Shown piece by piece: positions 36,401-52,335 of a stretch of DNA of 64,000 nucleotides; the stretch's first letter is position 1; each line of letters begins with the position of its first letter. The position numbers and the translations under genes were made by a program. Under the pieces are notes generated by a model. That model was not told the origin of the DNA. It searched no databases and saw only the letters and a program-made list of their open reading frames with translations. The stretch comes from Eledone cirrhosa (taxonomy: Eukaryota): the NCBI GenBank assembly GCA_964016885.1, contig OZ024761.1:18848001-18912000 (forward strand), given 5' to 3'.

Positions 36401-38592
36401 CTAAGAATTTATTCCGTAGTACGTGTCATAAGAAAGATTTGTAGTTCTAAGAAACCTAACAAATATATTTCAAATTTATCGGCAATTAAACAAAACTTAA
36501 AAATAAGCAATACTAAAGCCACAAACGTTTTTCTATCTACGTCTCTCCTGAAGAAAAAACAAAAACAAAACCGCTCGAATCATTACGAGGAGTGTAAACA
36601 GAAGAATATAGCTAATAAACAATTAATTTATGTATATGCATGTATGTATTGTGTGTAAACATACTGTAAGACAGACAGGCTCTAAGGAAAACATAACATT
36701 ACCGTTTCTGAACACATTTCAGAGTCATACTAACTAAATCTATTTTAGCATTTATTTAATAAAGAACAACTCATGGTATTTGACATAAATAAAGAAAAAA
36801 AAATTGTTTTACTATTTCATAAGCTCTGACAGATATTGAAATCCTATCTCTAGATTCGTTTAAATACATTATATTGGACTTACTTGAATTAAAACTGATG
36901 AAATTATTTAAAAAACTTTTGTACCAAAATAAAAATACACTATCAAGGTTTTTAGTCTCATAAATGCGTGGTGCTTATAGACATTTAACTGTTGTTGTAG
37001 GGGTGCCGTAATTACCATCATGTGGGCATTTAAACCTGACTGAGTCAATCCTCCCCTCCTCCAGGTCTAAAAACAGCTGATTTATTTTGCCAGAGAGAAA
37101 GAGAAATACTTTTCTTGTCTTTAAACGTTAATTTTGCACTTTACTTATAATTCCTTTTTCTTCTGTTATGTTGAATATAATTGTTGAGGTTTGTTCAATC
37201 TAACTCATATTAATCTCCACACTCAAGTACCTGTTTTTACTATATCTGCTTCAAGCTGTTATAGGTGGGATAAGGCAGTACAACCCAAAATAAAATGTCA
37301 ATTTAAGGATTCACTCATAGAAAGTGTCAAAAGAAGGGACACTGATATAAGGTTTGTAGGCCTTAGCAACCTAAGAAATAGATTTTAAAGTTATCGGCAG
37401 TTAAACAAAACTTATAAATAGGCAATAATTTAGACAATTCAGTAGACCACTCAACTTTATTAATAATCAGAAAACAAGGCCACTTATTGACAATAGACCA
37501 GACAAAACATTTAACAAGAATTACTACAACGATGGTGCGAGAAGATCGTGGTTTCTAAATCAGAGAATGTTTCTTTAACAAACACAAGTATATAAAAAGT
37601 AGAGGGGATATTGACAGTGCATAGAACTAGGAAATAACTTCTATCAAATAGATTTTCTAGTGGCTAGGAACTTAGTATCTCCAGTTATAATTGCGTTACA
37701 CATGTTCAGTAAGTATTTTTCTATTGAAATCAAACTTAAAGGTATACTAAAGTCACAGACGTTTTCATATATATGTTTCATCCAAAGTAAAAAACGTAAG
37801 AATTATTACAAGCAGTGTAAACACGAATTAAAGGTAATAAATGTACCAAGAAGGCTACCTCAAGATTTGCAATTCATTCAAGAAGAAATCAAACTTAAGC
37901 ATATGTCGACGACATAATTATGGCTAGAGAGGACATGAAGAATCTACAACTAGGTGGAAGACAAGAGAAACGACCATACTACCTGAAATATTATATATTA
38001 TGATAGTAATTATTTCTTATACTGTCATGTTTTTTCTTTAAAACGTTTGCATCTCAATAAAGTGGAGAAAACTATTATATATTGTTGTTATATCATTATA
38101 CTTTAGTTTAAACTTATTTCTATCTCTTCACATTAGAAAGAATAAAAACTTAGTAAAATCCTATATGTGTATAAATATAATATATGTAAGTGTGTTTGTA
38201 AGTATATAATAATAATATGCATGTTGACAAAGAGTTGTAAAAACCAAGCAAGTCAACCTACAGTTCTACACTAACAGAGACGGCATAGAAAACGTTACCT
38301 CTTACAAGCGAATGCGAAAAGAGATTGTTTCAAAAATACCGGTGTAACACTAAATATATTACCGGTGCAACTATTTCAGTTTACCCTTTTATAAACTCAC
38401 TCCAGTCATTTCAAATCGTGTTCAGAGTACCGGCAGTAAGAAAAAAATAAAGCGTTTGCGAAGTTTCTAAATCTGCTAAAAATGACAGCTAAATCTCTCA
38501 CTCTGTCTCCAATGTGTAATAAACCGTGACTCATAGAAATATATATATTTGTATGTATGTGTGTATAAATATATATGTATATACCTAAGAAT

Positions 38593-38626
<34 letters not shown>

Positions 38627-39078
38627 CTATGTATATATATATATGTATACATACATGCATATATATATATGTATATATATGTATACATATATACATACAT
38701 GCATATATATATATACATGTGTGTCTATATATATATATATGTACATATATGTATAAATATGTATATATATTAGTGTATATATATATTGCAATGTATATGC
38801 ATACTCGTATAATTATACTGTATATTATTAGTCGATATATTCATATACAATTACCCCTCCCCCGGCATTCGTGGGGTTTACAGTCCTAGAGAACCCGAGA
38901 ACAGTGAAAAACCGCGAATATTGTAGGTGGTCCATAGAAATGCCTATAAACCTCAAAATACAACGTAAAATATAATAAAAATCGAGTGAGCGTCTTATGC
39001 GTCCAATAGGCCAACAAATACAATATATTGTTGTTAATAATCTAGCGTTAAAACAATATATATTGTCACAAAAAAGGC

Positions 39079-39110
<32 letters not shown>

Positions 39111-39495
39111 TGTTTTGACTGCTATTTCCAGTATACACTAGAAAAAACCGGAAATGGAGAAAATTGAAAAACTTCTTCTTTTTCCCCCCTCTAACTTTTC
39201 GAACAAAAGAAAATTTTATGTAAACAAAAACGAAATTTTTGCCAAGAAGGATAACTCTTCTCTGACTTAAATCCAAAATTGGGATACAAAAAAATTGCGG
39301 AATTTATTTTGTATCCCAATTTTGGATTTAAGTCAGAGAAGAGTTATCTTTCTTGGCAAAAATTTCGTTTTTGTTTACATAAAATTTCCTTTTGTTTGAA
39401 AAGTTAGAGGAGGGAAAAAGAAGAAGTTTTTCAATTTTCTACCCTTCCGGTTTTTCTTTTTTATGCTAGAAAGAACAGTGAAAGTAATATATATG

Positions 39496-39577
<82 letters not shown>

Positions 39578-39713
39578 ACACACACACATATATATATATA
39601 TATAGAAATAAACACACAGATATATATATATACACACATATATATCTATATATGTGTGTATGTATACATATGTTTATGTATATATATAAGTATTTATATG
39701 TATATATACATTT

Positions 39714-39772
<59 letters not shown>

Positions 39773-42700
39773 TATTTATATGTACACACACACACACACA
39801 TATATACTGTGCCAATCTATTGAGTACATTGTATTTATTGTGGTTTCTCTCCGACGCGACCTGTGAATCTACACACACACATATATATATATTTATTTAT
39901 ATATATATATATATTAGAAGAGGTAAAACGAGTCGCACCCAAAGTACGACATTTGGCTGTTTCTAGCAGGTTTAGAATTTACCATTTTCCAAACAGAATT
40001 CTGTTTTACACCCCCTCACTCTAAACTCGATTTCAAATTACCGGGTAGTTTGTTGAAGCACGGTTCAACTGAAATATCTACACCGGTAACTTAATTAGTG
40101 TTACACCGGTATACCTGAGGCATAAACTATTTGGCATTCTTCGAAGGAGGTACTGGTTTTTTCGCTGTCTTAAATGGTGTATATACGCACACACATAAAT
40201 TAATGTTTATCTCTGTACAAAGAGATTAACATCATTTCTTAAATTATTATTTAGGGTTTTACAACAAAACGTATTGTATGTGTAATTATACATACATTGA
40301 ATTTAAGTATTTATTTTTTAATTTTACATACATTTTAGTAGTATATATATATATTCATTTGTGTGTGCGTTAATTTCGTGGGTAACTGCAGTTAACGTTC
40401 GTCTCGTGTTGGGTTTTATTACAGAGTTAAAGTGACTGTAGAGTGTGAATAAAAAAAGTAAGAAAGATCGAAAACACTGTTGCTGTATAGATATATATAA
40501 ATTTTATTGGCACATTAAAATTGTTTCAATATTGATAGTTCGGAGTACAATCATAATATGTATATATTTTTCACATGAAATCAATATTCAAACTGACCCC
40601 AGTGTGTTTATTTTAAAGCGACGAAATTCTACCTCCCAGGGATTTGAACACAGTTTCATGTTACTGGGTGGTACGATGAAGCAGAGAGAGAGTATAAAAT
40701 CGCTACACTGGTGGCATATTTAGTGTTTCACCGGTTTTCTTATAACAACACACTGGATACGACGTGCATGAGAGAGGTAAAGTTTTATTTGTCTTCCGTG
40801 TTAGAGTATAACTGTAGTTTGACTTGTTAAATTTATAGTATATGTTTGTTATATATATTCTTAACTATGCAATGATAGCATCTCGGTCACTAATTTCATC
40901 TCTTTGGAGGTTACTGCTCTGATGTCATCTCTTCCACTAAGACACTCTCCATAGCCTTGCCTCTCCTCGTAACATCACCCAAAGTTGTATCAATCTCCAC
41001 CAAGCCAACACTTCTCATTATCTCTAAGAAAGCCACCTTAAGCAAGTGTTTCGACGTGTGTGTGTGTAGAATAAACGCAAGGTTTGACGGAACAAGAAAA
41101 TAAAAAATATTCCTTCTAATATATATATCTTGTACATTGTATTATATTAAGGTGTTTCTGTAAATTAAAAACAATGAAAGTGACCCCTAAATTTAACGTC
41201 ACTTTGATATTAACAGACATTCTTCATCTTCATAGTAAGTTAAATCAAGGGTTTACTACTTAGTGTATTTATGTGTCTTTGTCTCATCTCCAAATAAAGT
41301 TTTAAATGGTATGGCAACGTGTTGAAGTGAATCACGCTTATTTATATGCTGACTGTGTTACGACTAGAAAGAGAAAAATAAAGCTTTAAATGGTATGACT
41401 ACGTGTTCAAATCAAGCAAATTCCTTACAGTGTGAGGATAAAAAAAGTTAATGTTTTAAGTTGATTCGAAATCCAACCACGGCATTCCCCAGTCCTACGT
41501 CTTACCACTAGACTATAAAGACTTAAGTGATTTTCTTTTGAATATTTACATATATAAACTTATTTTTAGTCTAATAATAAAATAGCTTTAAATGTGTTTA
41601 TTTTCACTCCGTATTTGTTGGTTTGTAGGTGGCCGTGTGGGTAGTTGTGGTGTATCTATGCATCAATTCATTGTGTATAGATTTGGAGATAGGGTTTCGA
41701 TCTTCTACTTTATCTTAAATATAAAACATTTTTATTTTTTTTATTTTAAATATTGGTCTCTATCTTCTGGGATACCCGGGGCCACGATCATCTCGAAGCC
41801 ACCCTTCTAGTTCCCCCTCCGCTCGAACCTACACTACCACCACTTTACCAGACGCCCGCCAAGCGGCCGTAATTCTACTGTGCAAATTTCATATATTTAA
41901 ATCTATTTTAGCATTTCTTTAATAAAGAACTACATACGATGTTCGACATAATTGAAAAGAGAAAAATATTCTTTTACTATTTCATAAGCTCTGGCAGGTA
42001 TCGAACACCTCATATTTTACTTACGTCAAAAACGCAAACATGTATATATAATAATAATTTTTTGATAACTTTACAGTGACAAAATACATACATCGATAGG
42101 GTTTCCAATCTCAGAAATATCTCCACTATAGATGTGTGTGTGTGTGTATATATCTTTATTATTCCTTTGAAAAGTAGTTTTAATTAAACATTTTTATATA
42201 TTTCACTATTTCCAAAGTCCTGGCAGATATTGCAACTCCATCTGTAGATTCATTTAAATACATTGTATTTGACTTACATGAAATTAAATATATAATTTGT
42301 TTTGAAATTTTGTTTTCATGTACCAAAATATAAACAAATTCGTAAGGTTTTCAGTCTCTTAAATGCATGGTTGTTATAGACACTTAACTGTTGTTGTAGG
42401 ACTGTCGTATTTACCGTCATGTGTACATTTAAATCTGACTGAGTCAATCCTCCCATCCTCCTGGTCTAAAAACAGCCTATTTATTTTACAGGAGAGAAAG
42501 CGAGATACCTTTCTTATGCCTTTAAACGTTAATTTTGCACTTGACTTAAAATTCTTTCCCCTTCCCTTTAGATTGAATAAACAAAAATATTTCACGTCTA
42601 CACTTATATTCAACATAACTCATGTCAGTCTTCACAAGTTTTTGCTACATCTGATTCAAGCTGTTATGGCTTTGGGAGGAAAGTAATCACAAAGTAAAGT

Positions 42701-45376
42701 ATCCAGCTAAGAATTTATTCCGTAGTACATGTCATAAGAAAGATTTGTAGTTCTAAGAAACCTAACAAATATATTTCAAATTTATCGGCAATTAAACAAA
42801 ACTTAAAAATAAGCAATACTAAAGCCACAAACGTTTTTCTATCTACGTCTCTCCTGAAGAAAAAACAAAAACAAAACCGCTCGAATCATTACGAGGAGTG
42901 TAAACAGAAGAATATAGCTAATAAACAATTAATTTATGTATATGCATGTATGTATTGTGTGTAAACATACTGTAAGACAGACAGGCTCTAAGGAAAACAT
43001 AACATTACCGTTTCTGAACACATTTCAGAGTCATACTAACTAAATCTATTTTAGCATTTATTTAATAAAGAACAACTCATGGTATTTGACATAAATAAAG
43101 AAAAAAAAATTGTTTTACTATTTCATAAGCTCTGACAGATATTGAAATCCTATCTCTAGATTCGTTTAAATACATTATATTGGACTTACTTGAATTAAAA
43201 CTGATGAAATTATTTAAAAAACTTTTGTACCAAAATAAAAATACACTATCAAGGTTTTTAGTCTCATAAATGCGTGGTGCTTATAGACATTTAACTGTTG
43301 TTGTAGGGGTGCCGTAATTACCATCATGTGGGCATTTAAACCTGACTGAGTCAATCCTCCCCTCCTCCAGGTCTAAAAACAGCTGATTTATTTTGCCAGA
43401 GAGAAAGAGAAATACTTTTCTTGTCTTTAAACGTTAATTTTGCACTTTACTTATAATTCCTTTTTCTTCTCTTATGTTGAATATAATTGTTGAGGTTTGT
43501 TCAATCTAACTCATATTAATCTCCACACTCAAGTACCTGTTTTTACTATATCTGCTTCAAGCTGTTATAGGTGGGATAAGGCAGTACAACCCAAAATAAA
43601 ATGTCAATTTAAGGATTCACTCATAGAAAGTGTCAAAAGAAGGGACACTGATATAAGGTTTGTAGGCCTTAGCAACCTAAGAAATAGATTTTAAAGTTAT
43701 CGGCAGTTAAACAAAACTTATAAATAGGCAATAATTTAGACAATTCAGTAGACCACTCAACTTTATTAATAATCAGAAAACAAGGCCACTTATTGACAAT
43801 AGACCAGACAAAACATTTAACAAGAATTACTACAACGATGGTGCGAGAAGATCGTGGTTTCTAAATCAGAGAATGTTTCTTTAACAAACACAAGTATATA
43901 AAAAGTAGAGGGGATATTGACAGTGCATAGAACTAGGAAATAACTTCTATCAAATAGATTTTCTAGTGGCTAGGAACTTAGTATCTCCAGTTATAATTGC
44001 GTTACACATGTTCAGTAAGTATTTTTCTATTGAAATCAAACTTAAAGGTATACTAAAGTCACAGACGTTTTCATATATATGTTTCATCCAAAGTAAAAAA
44101 CGTAAGAATTATTACAAGCAGTGTAAACACGAATTAAAGGTAATAAATGTACCAAGAAGGCTACCTCAAGATTTGCAATTCATTCAAGAAGAAATCAAAC
44201 TTAAGCATATGTCGACGACATAATTATGGCTAGAGAGGACATGAAGAATCTACAACTAGGTGGAAGACAAGAGAAACGACCATACTACCTGAAATATTAT
44301 ATATTATGATAGTAATTATTTCTTATACTGTCATGTTTTTTCTTTAAAACGTTTGCATCTCAATAAAGTGGAGAAAACTATTATATATTGTTGTTATATC
44401 ATTATACTTTAGTTTAAACTTATTTCTATCTCTTCACATTAGAAAGAATAAAAACTTAGTAAAATCCTATATGTGTATAAATATAATATATGTAAGTGTG
44501 TTTGTAAGTATATAATAATAATATGCATGTTGACAAAGAGTTGTAAAAACCAAGCAAGTCAACCTACAGTTCTACACTAACAGAGACGGCATAGAAAACG
44601 TTACCTCTTACAAGCGAATGCGAAAAGAGATTGTTTCAAAAATACCGGTGTAACACTAAATATATTACCGGTGCAACTATTTCAGTTTACCCTTTTATAA
44701 ACTCACTCCAGTCATTTCAAATCGTGTTCAGAGTACCGGCAGTAAGAAAAAAATAAAGCGTTTGCGAAGTTTCTAAATCTGCTAAAAATGACAGCTAAAT
44801 CTCTCACTCTGTCTCCAATGTGTAATAAACCGTGACTCATAGAAATATATATATTTGTATGTATGTGTGTATAAATATATATGTATATACCTAAGAATGT
44901 ACACACACACACACACATGTCTATGTATATATATATATATATGTATACATACATGCATATATATATATGTATATATATGTATACATATATACATACATGC
45001 ATATATATATATACATGTGTGTCTATATATATATATATGTACATATATGTGTAAATATGTATATATATTAGTGTATATATATATTGCAATGTATATGCAT
45101 ACTCGTATAATTATACTGTATATTATTAGTCGATATATTCATATACAATTACCCCTCCCCCGGCATTCGTGGGGTTTACAGTCCTAGAGAACCCGAGAAC
45201 AGTGAAAAACCGCGAATATTGTAGGTGGTCCATAGAAATGCCTATAAACCTCAAAATACAACGTAAAATATAATAAAAATCGAGTGAGCGTCTTATGCGT
45301 CCAATAGGCCAACAAATACAATATATTGTTGTTAATAATCTAGCGTTAAAACAATATATATTGTCACAAAAAAGGC

Positions 45377-45410
<34 letters not shown>

Positions 45411-45794
45411 TGTTTTGACTGCTATTTCCAGTATACACTAGAAAAAACCGGAAATGGAGAAAATTGAAAAACTTCTTCTTTTTCCCCCCTCTAACTTTTC
45501 AAACAAAAGAAAATTTTATGTAAACAAAAACGAAATTTTTGCCAAGAAAGATAACTCTTCTCTGACTTAAATCCAAAATTGGGATACAAAAAATTGCGGA
45601 ATTTATTTTGTATCCCAATTTTGGATTTAAGTCAGAGAAGAGTTATCTTTCTTGGCAAAAATTTCGTTTTTGTTTACATAAAATTTCCTTTTGTTTGAAA
45701 AGTTAGAGGAGGGAAAAAGAAGAAGTTTTTCAATTTTCTACCCTTCCGGTTTTTCTTTTTTATGCTAGAAAGAACAGTGAAAGTAATATATATG

Positions 45795-45881
<87 letters not shown>

Positions 45882-45990
45882 GAAATAAACACACAGATAT
45901 ATATATATACACACATATATATCTATATATGTGTGTATGTATACATATGTTTATGTATATATATAAGTATTTATATGTATATATACATTT

Positions 45991-46053
<63 letters not shown>

Positions 46054-49000
46054 TATTTATATGTACACACACACACACACATATATACTGTGCCAATCTA
46101 TTGAGTACATTGTATTTATTGTGGTTTCTCTCCGACGCGACCTGTGAATCTACACACACACATATATATATATTTATTTATATATATATATATATTAGAA
46201 GAGGTAAAACGAGTCGCACCCAAAGTACGACATTTGGCTGTTTCTAGCAGGTTTAGAATTTACTATTTTCCAAAGAGAATTCTGTTTTACACCCCCTCAC
46301 TCTAAACTCGATTTCAAATTACCGGGTAGTTTGTTGAAGCACGGTTCAACTGAAATATCTACACCGGTAACTTAATTAGTGTTACACCGGTATACCTGAG
46401 GCATAAACTATTTGGCATTCTTCGAAGGAGGTACTGGTTTTTTCGCTGTCTTAAATGGTGTATATACGCACACACATAAATTAATGTTTATCTCTGTACA
46501 AAGAGATTAACATCATTTCTTAAATTATTATTTAGGGTTTTACAACAAAACGTATTGTATGTGTAATTATACATACATTGAATTTAAGTATTTATTTTTT
46601 AATTTTACATACATTTTAGTAGTATATATATATATTCATTTGTGTGTGCGTTAATTTCGTGGGTAACTGCAGTTAACGTTCGTCTCGTGTTGGGTTTTAT
46701 TACAGAGTTAAAGTGACTGTAGAGTGTGAATAAAAAAAGTAAGAAAGATCGAAAACACTGTTGCTGTATAGATATATATAAATTTTATTGGCACATTAAA
46801 ATTGTTTCAATATTGATAGTTCGGAGTACAATCATAATATGTATATATTTTTCACATGAAATCAATATTCAAACTGACCCCAGTGTGTTTATTTTAAAGC
46901 GACGAAATTCTACCTCCCAGGGATTTGAACACAGTTTCATGTTACTGGGTGGTACGATGAAGCAGAGAGAGAGTATAAAATCGCTACACTGGTGGCATAT
47001 TTAGTGTTTCACCGGTTTTCTTATAACAACACACTGGATACGACGTGCATGAGAGAGGTAAAGTTTTATTTGTCTTCCGTGTTAGAGTATAACTGTAGTT
47101 TGACTTGTTAAATTTATAGTATATGTTTGTTATATATATTCTTAACTATGCAATGATAGCATCTCGGTCACTAATTTCATCTCTTTGGAGGTTACTGCTC
47201 TGATGTCATCTCTTCCACTAAGACACTCTCCATAGCCTTGCCTCTCCTCGTAACATCACCCAAAGTTGTATCAATCTCCACCAAGCCAACACTTCTCATT
47301 ATCTCTAAGAAAGCCACCTTAAGCAAGTGTTTCGACGTGTGTGTGTGTAGAATAAACGCAAGGTTTGACGGAACAAGAAAATAAAAAATATTCCTTCTAA
47401 TATATATATCTTGTACATTGTATTATATTAAGGTGTTTCTGTAAATTAAAAACAATGAAAGTGACCCCTAAATTTAACGTCACTTTGATATTAACAGACA
47501 TTCTTCATCTTCATAGTAAGTTAAATCAAGGGTTTACTACTTAGTGTATTTATGTGTCTTTGTCTCATCTCCAAATAAAGTTTTAAATGGTATGGCAACG
47601 TGTTGAAGTGAATCACGCTTATTTATATGCTGACTGTGTTACGACTAGAAAGAGAAAAATAAAGCTTTAAATGGTATGACTACGTGTTCAAATCAAGCAA
47701 ATTCCTTACAGTGTGAGGATAAAAAAAGTTAATGTTTTAAGTTGATTCGAAATCCAACCACGGCATTCCCCAGTCCTACGTCTTACCACTAGACTATAAA
47801 GACTTAAGTGATTTTCTTTTGAATATTTACATATATAAACTTATTTTTAGTCTAATAATAAAATAGCTTTAAATGTGTTTATTTTCACTCCGTATTTGTT
47901 GGTCTGTAGGTGGCCGTGTGGGTAGTTGTGGTGTATCTATGCATCAATTCAGTGTGTATAGATTTGGAGATAGGGTTTCGATCTTCTACTTTATCTTAAA
48001 TATAAAACATTTTTATTTTTTTTTATTTTAAAGATTGGTCTCTATCTTCTGGGCTACCCGGAACCACGATCATCTCGAAGCCACCCTTTTAGTTCCCCCT
48101 CCGCTCGAACCTACACTACCACCACTTTACCAGACGCCCGCCAAGCGGCCGTAATTCTACTGTGCAAATTTCATATATTTAAATCTATTTTAGCATTTCT
48201 TTAATAAAGAACTACATACGATGTTCGACATAATTGAAAAGAGAAAAATATTCTTTTACTATTTCATAAGCTCTGGCAGGTATCGAACACCTCATATTTT
48301 ACTTACGTCAAAAACGCAAACATGTATATATAATAATAATTTTTTGATAACTTTACAGTGACAAAATACATACATCGATAGGGTTTCCAATCTCAGAAAT
48401 ATCTCCACTATAGATGTGTGTGTGTGTGTATATATCTTTATTATTCCTTTGAAAAGTAGTTTTAATTAAACATTTTTATATATTTCACTATTTCCAAAGT
48501 CCTGGCAGATATTGCAACTCCATCTGTAGATTCATTTAAATACATTGTATTTGACTTACATGAAATTAAATATATAATTTGTTTTGAAATTTTGTTTTCA
48601 TGTACCAAAATATAAACAAATTCGTAAGGTTTTCAGTCTCTTAAATGCATGGTTGTTATAGACACTTAACTGTTGTTGTAGGACTGTCGTATTTACCGTC
48701 ATGTGTACATTTAAATCTGACTGAGTCAATCCTCCCATCCTCCTGGTCTAAAAACAGCCTATTTATTTTACAGGAGAGAAAGCGAGATACCTTTCTTATG
48801 CCTTTAAACGTTAATTTTGCACTTGACTTAAAATTCTTTCCCCTTCCCTTTAGATTGAATAAACAAAAATATTTCACGTCTACACTTATATTCAACATAA
48901 CTCATGTCAGTCTTCACAAGTTTTTGCTACATCTGATTCAAGCTGTTATGGCTTTGGGAGGAAAGTAATCACAAAGTAAAGTATCCAGCTAAGAATTTAT

Positions 49001-51658
49001 TCCGTAGTACATGTCATAAGAAAGATTTGTAGTTCTAAGAAACCTAACAAATATATTTCAAATTTATCGGCAATTAAACAAAACTTAAAAATAAGCAATA
49101 CTAAAGACACAAACGTTTTTCTATCTACGTCTCTCCTGAAGAAAAAACAAAAACAAAACCGCTCGAATCATTACGAGGAGTGTAAACAGAAGAATATAGC
49201 TAATAAACAATTAATTTATGTATATGCATGTATGTATTGTGTGTAAACATACTGTAAGACAGACAGGCTCTAAGGAAAACATAACATTACCGTTTCTGAA
49301 CACATTTCAGAGTCATACTAACTAAATCTATTTTAGCATTTATTTAATAAAGAACAACTCATGGTATTTGACATAAATAAAGAAAAAAAAATTGTTTTAC
49401 TATTTCATAAGCTCTGACAGATATTGAAATCCTATCTCTAGATTCGTTTAAATACATTATATTGGACTTACTTGAATTAAAACTGATGAAATTATTTAAA
49501 AAACTTTTGTACCAAAATAAAAATACACTATCAAGGTTTTTAGTCTCATAAATGCGTGGTGCTTATAGACATTTAACTGTTGTTGTAGGGGTGCCGTAAT
49601 TACCATCATGTGGGCATTTAAACCTGACTGAGTCAATCCTCCCCTCCTCCAGGTCTAAAAACAGCTGATTTATTTTGCCAGAGAGAAAGAGAAATACTTT
49701 TCTTGTCTTTAAACGTTAATTTTGCACTTTACTTATAATTCCTTTTTCTTCTGTTATGTTGAATATAATTGTTGAGGTTTGTTCAATCTAACTCATATTA
49801 ATCTCCACACTCAAGTACCTGTTTTTACTATATCTGCTTCAAGCTGTTATAGGTGGGATAAGGCAGTACAACCCAAAATAAAATGTCAATTTAAGGATTC
49901 ACTCGTAGAAAGTGTCAAAAGAAGGGACACTGATATAAGGTTTGTAGGCCTTAGCAACCTAAGAAATAGATTTTAAAGTTATTGGCAGTTAAACAAAACT
50001 TATAAATAGGCAATAATTTAGACAATTCAGTAGACCACTCAACTTTATTAATAATCAGAAAACAAGGCCACTTATTGACAATAGACCAGACAAAACATTT
50101 AACAAGAATTACTACAACGATGGTGCGAGAAGATCGTGGTTTCTAAATCAGAGAATGTTTCTTTAACAAACACAAGTATATAAAAAGTAGAGGGGATATT
50201 GACAGTGCATAGAACTAGGAAATAACTTCTATCAAATAGATTTTCTAGTGGCTAGGAACTTAGTATCTCCAGTTATAATTGCGTTACACATGTTCAGTAA
50301 GTATTTTTCTATTGAAATCAAACTTAAAGGTATACTAAAGTCACAGACGTTTTCATATATATGTTTCATCCAAAGTAAAAAACGTAAGAATTATTACAAG
50401 CAGTGTAAACACGAATTAAAGGTAATAAATGTACCAAGAAGGCTACCTCAAGATTTGCAATTCATTCAAGAAGAAATCAAACTTAAGCATATGTCGACGA
50501 CATAATTATGGCTAGAGAGGACATGAAGAATCTACAACTAGGTGGAAGACAAGAGAAACGACCATACTACCTGAAATATTATATATTATGATAGTAATTA
50601 TTTCTTATACTGTCATGTTTTTTCTTTAAAACGTTTGCATCTCAATAAAGTGGAGAAAACTATTATATATTGTTGTTATATCATTATACTTTAGTTTAAA
50701 CTTATTTCTATCTCTTCACATTAGAAAGAATAAAAACTTAGTAAAATCCTATATGTGTATAAATATAATATATGTAAGTGTGTTTGTAAGTATATAATAA
50801 TAATATGCATGTTGACAAAGAGTTGTAAAAACCAAGCAAGTCAACCTACAGTTCTACACTAACAGAGACGGCATAGAAAACGTTACCTCTTACAAGCGAA
50901 TGCGAAAAGAGATTGTTTCAAAAATACCGGTGTAACACTAAATATATTACCGGTGCAACTATTTCAGTTTACCCTTTTATAAACTCACTCCAGTCATTTC
51001 AAATCGTGTTCAGAGTACCGGCAGTAAGAAAAAAATAAAGCGTTTGCGAAGTTTCTAAATCTGCTAAAAATGACAGCTAAATCTCTCACTCTGTCTCCAA
51101 TGTGTAATAAACCGTGACTCATAGAAATATATATATTTGTATGTATGTGTGTATAAATTTATATGTATATACCTAAGAATGTACACACACACACACACAT
51201 GTCTATGTATATATATATATATATGTATACATACATGCATATATATATATGTATATATATGTATACATATATACATACATGCATATATATATATACATGT
51301 GTGTCTATATATATATATATGTACATATATGTGTAAATATGTATATATATTAGTGTATATATATATTGCAATGTATATGCATACTCGTATAATTATACTG
51401 TATATTATTAGTCGATATATTCATATACAATTACCCCTCCCCCGGCATTCGTGGGGTTTACAGTCCTAGAGAACCCGAGAACAGTGAAAAACCGCGAATA
51501 TTGTAGGTGGTCCATAGAAATGCCTATAAACCTCAAAATACAACGTAAAATATAATAAAAATCGAGTGAGCGTCTTATGCGTCCAATAGGCCAACAAATA
51601 CAATATATTGTTGTTAATAATCTAGCGTTAAAACAATATATATTGTCACAAAAAAGGC

Positions 51659-51690
<32 letters not shown>

Positions 51691-52074
51691 TGTTTTGACT
51701 GCTATTTCCAGTATACACTAGAAAAAACCGGAAATGGAGAAAATTGAAAAACTTCTTCTTTTTCCCCCCTCTAACTTTTCAAACAAAAGAAAATTTTATG
51801 TAAACAAAAACGAAATTTTTGCCAAGAAAGATAACTCTTCTCTGACTTAAATCCAAAATTGGGATACAAAAAATTGCGGAATTTATTTTGTATCCCAATT
51901 TTGGATTTAAGTCAGAGAAGAGTTATCTTTCTTGGCAAAAATTTCGTTTTTGTTTACATAAAATTTCCTTTTGTTTGAAAAGTTAGAGGAGGGAAAAAGA
52001 AGAAGTTTTTCAATTTTCTACCCTTCCGGTTTTTCTTTTTTATGCTAGAAAGAACAGTGAAAGTAATATATATG

Positions 52075-52169
<95 letters not shown>

Positions 52170-52274
52170 GAAATAAACACACAGATATATATATATACAC
52201 ACATATATATCTATATATGTGTGTATGTATACATATGTTTATGTATATATATAAGTATTTATATGTATATATAC

Positions 52275-52335
<61 letters not shown>
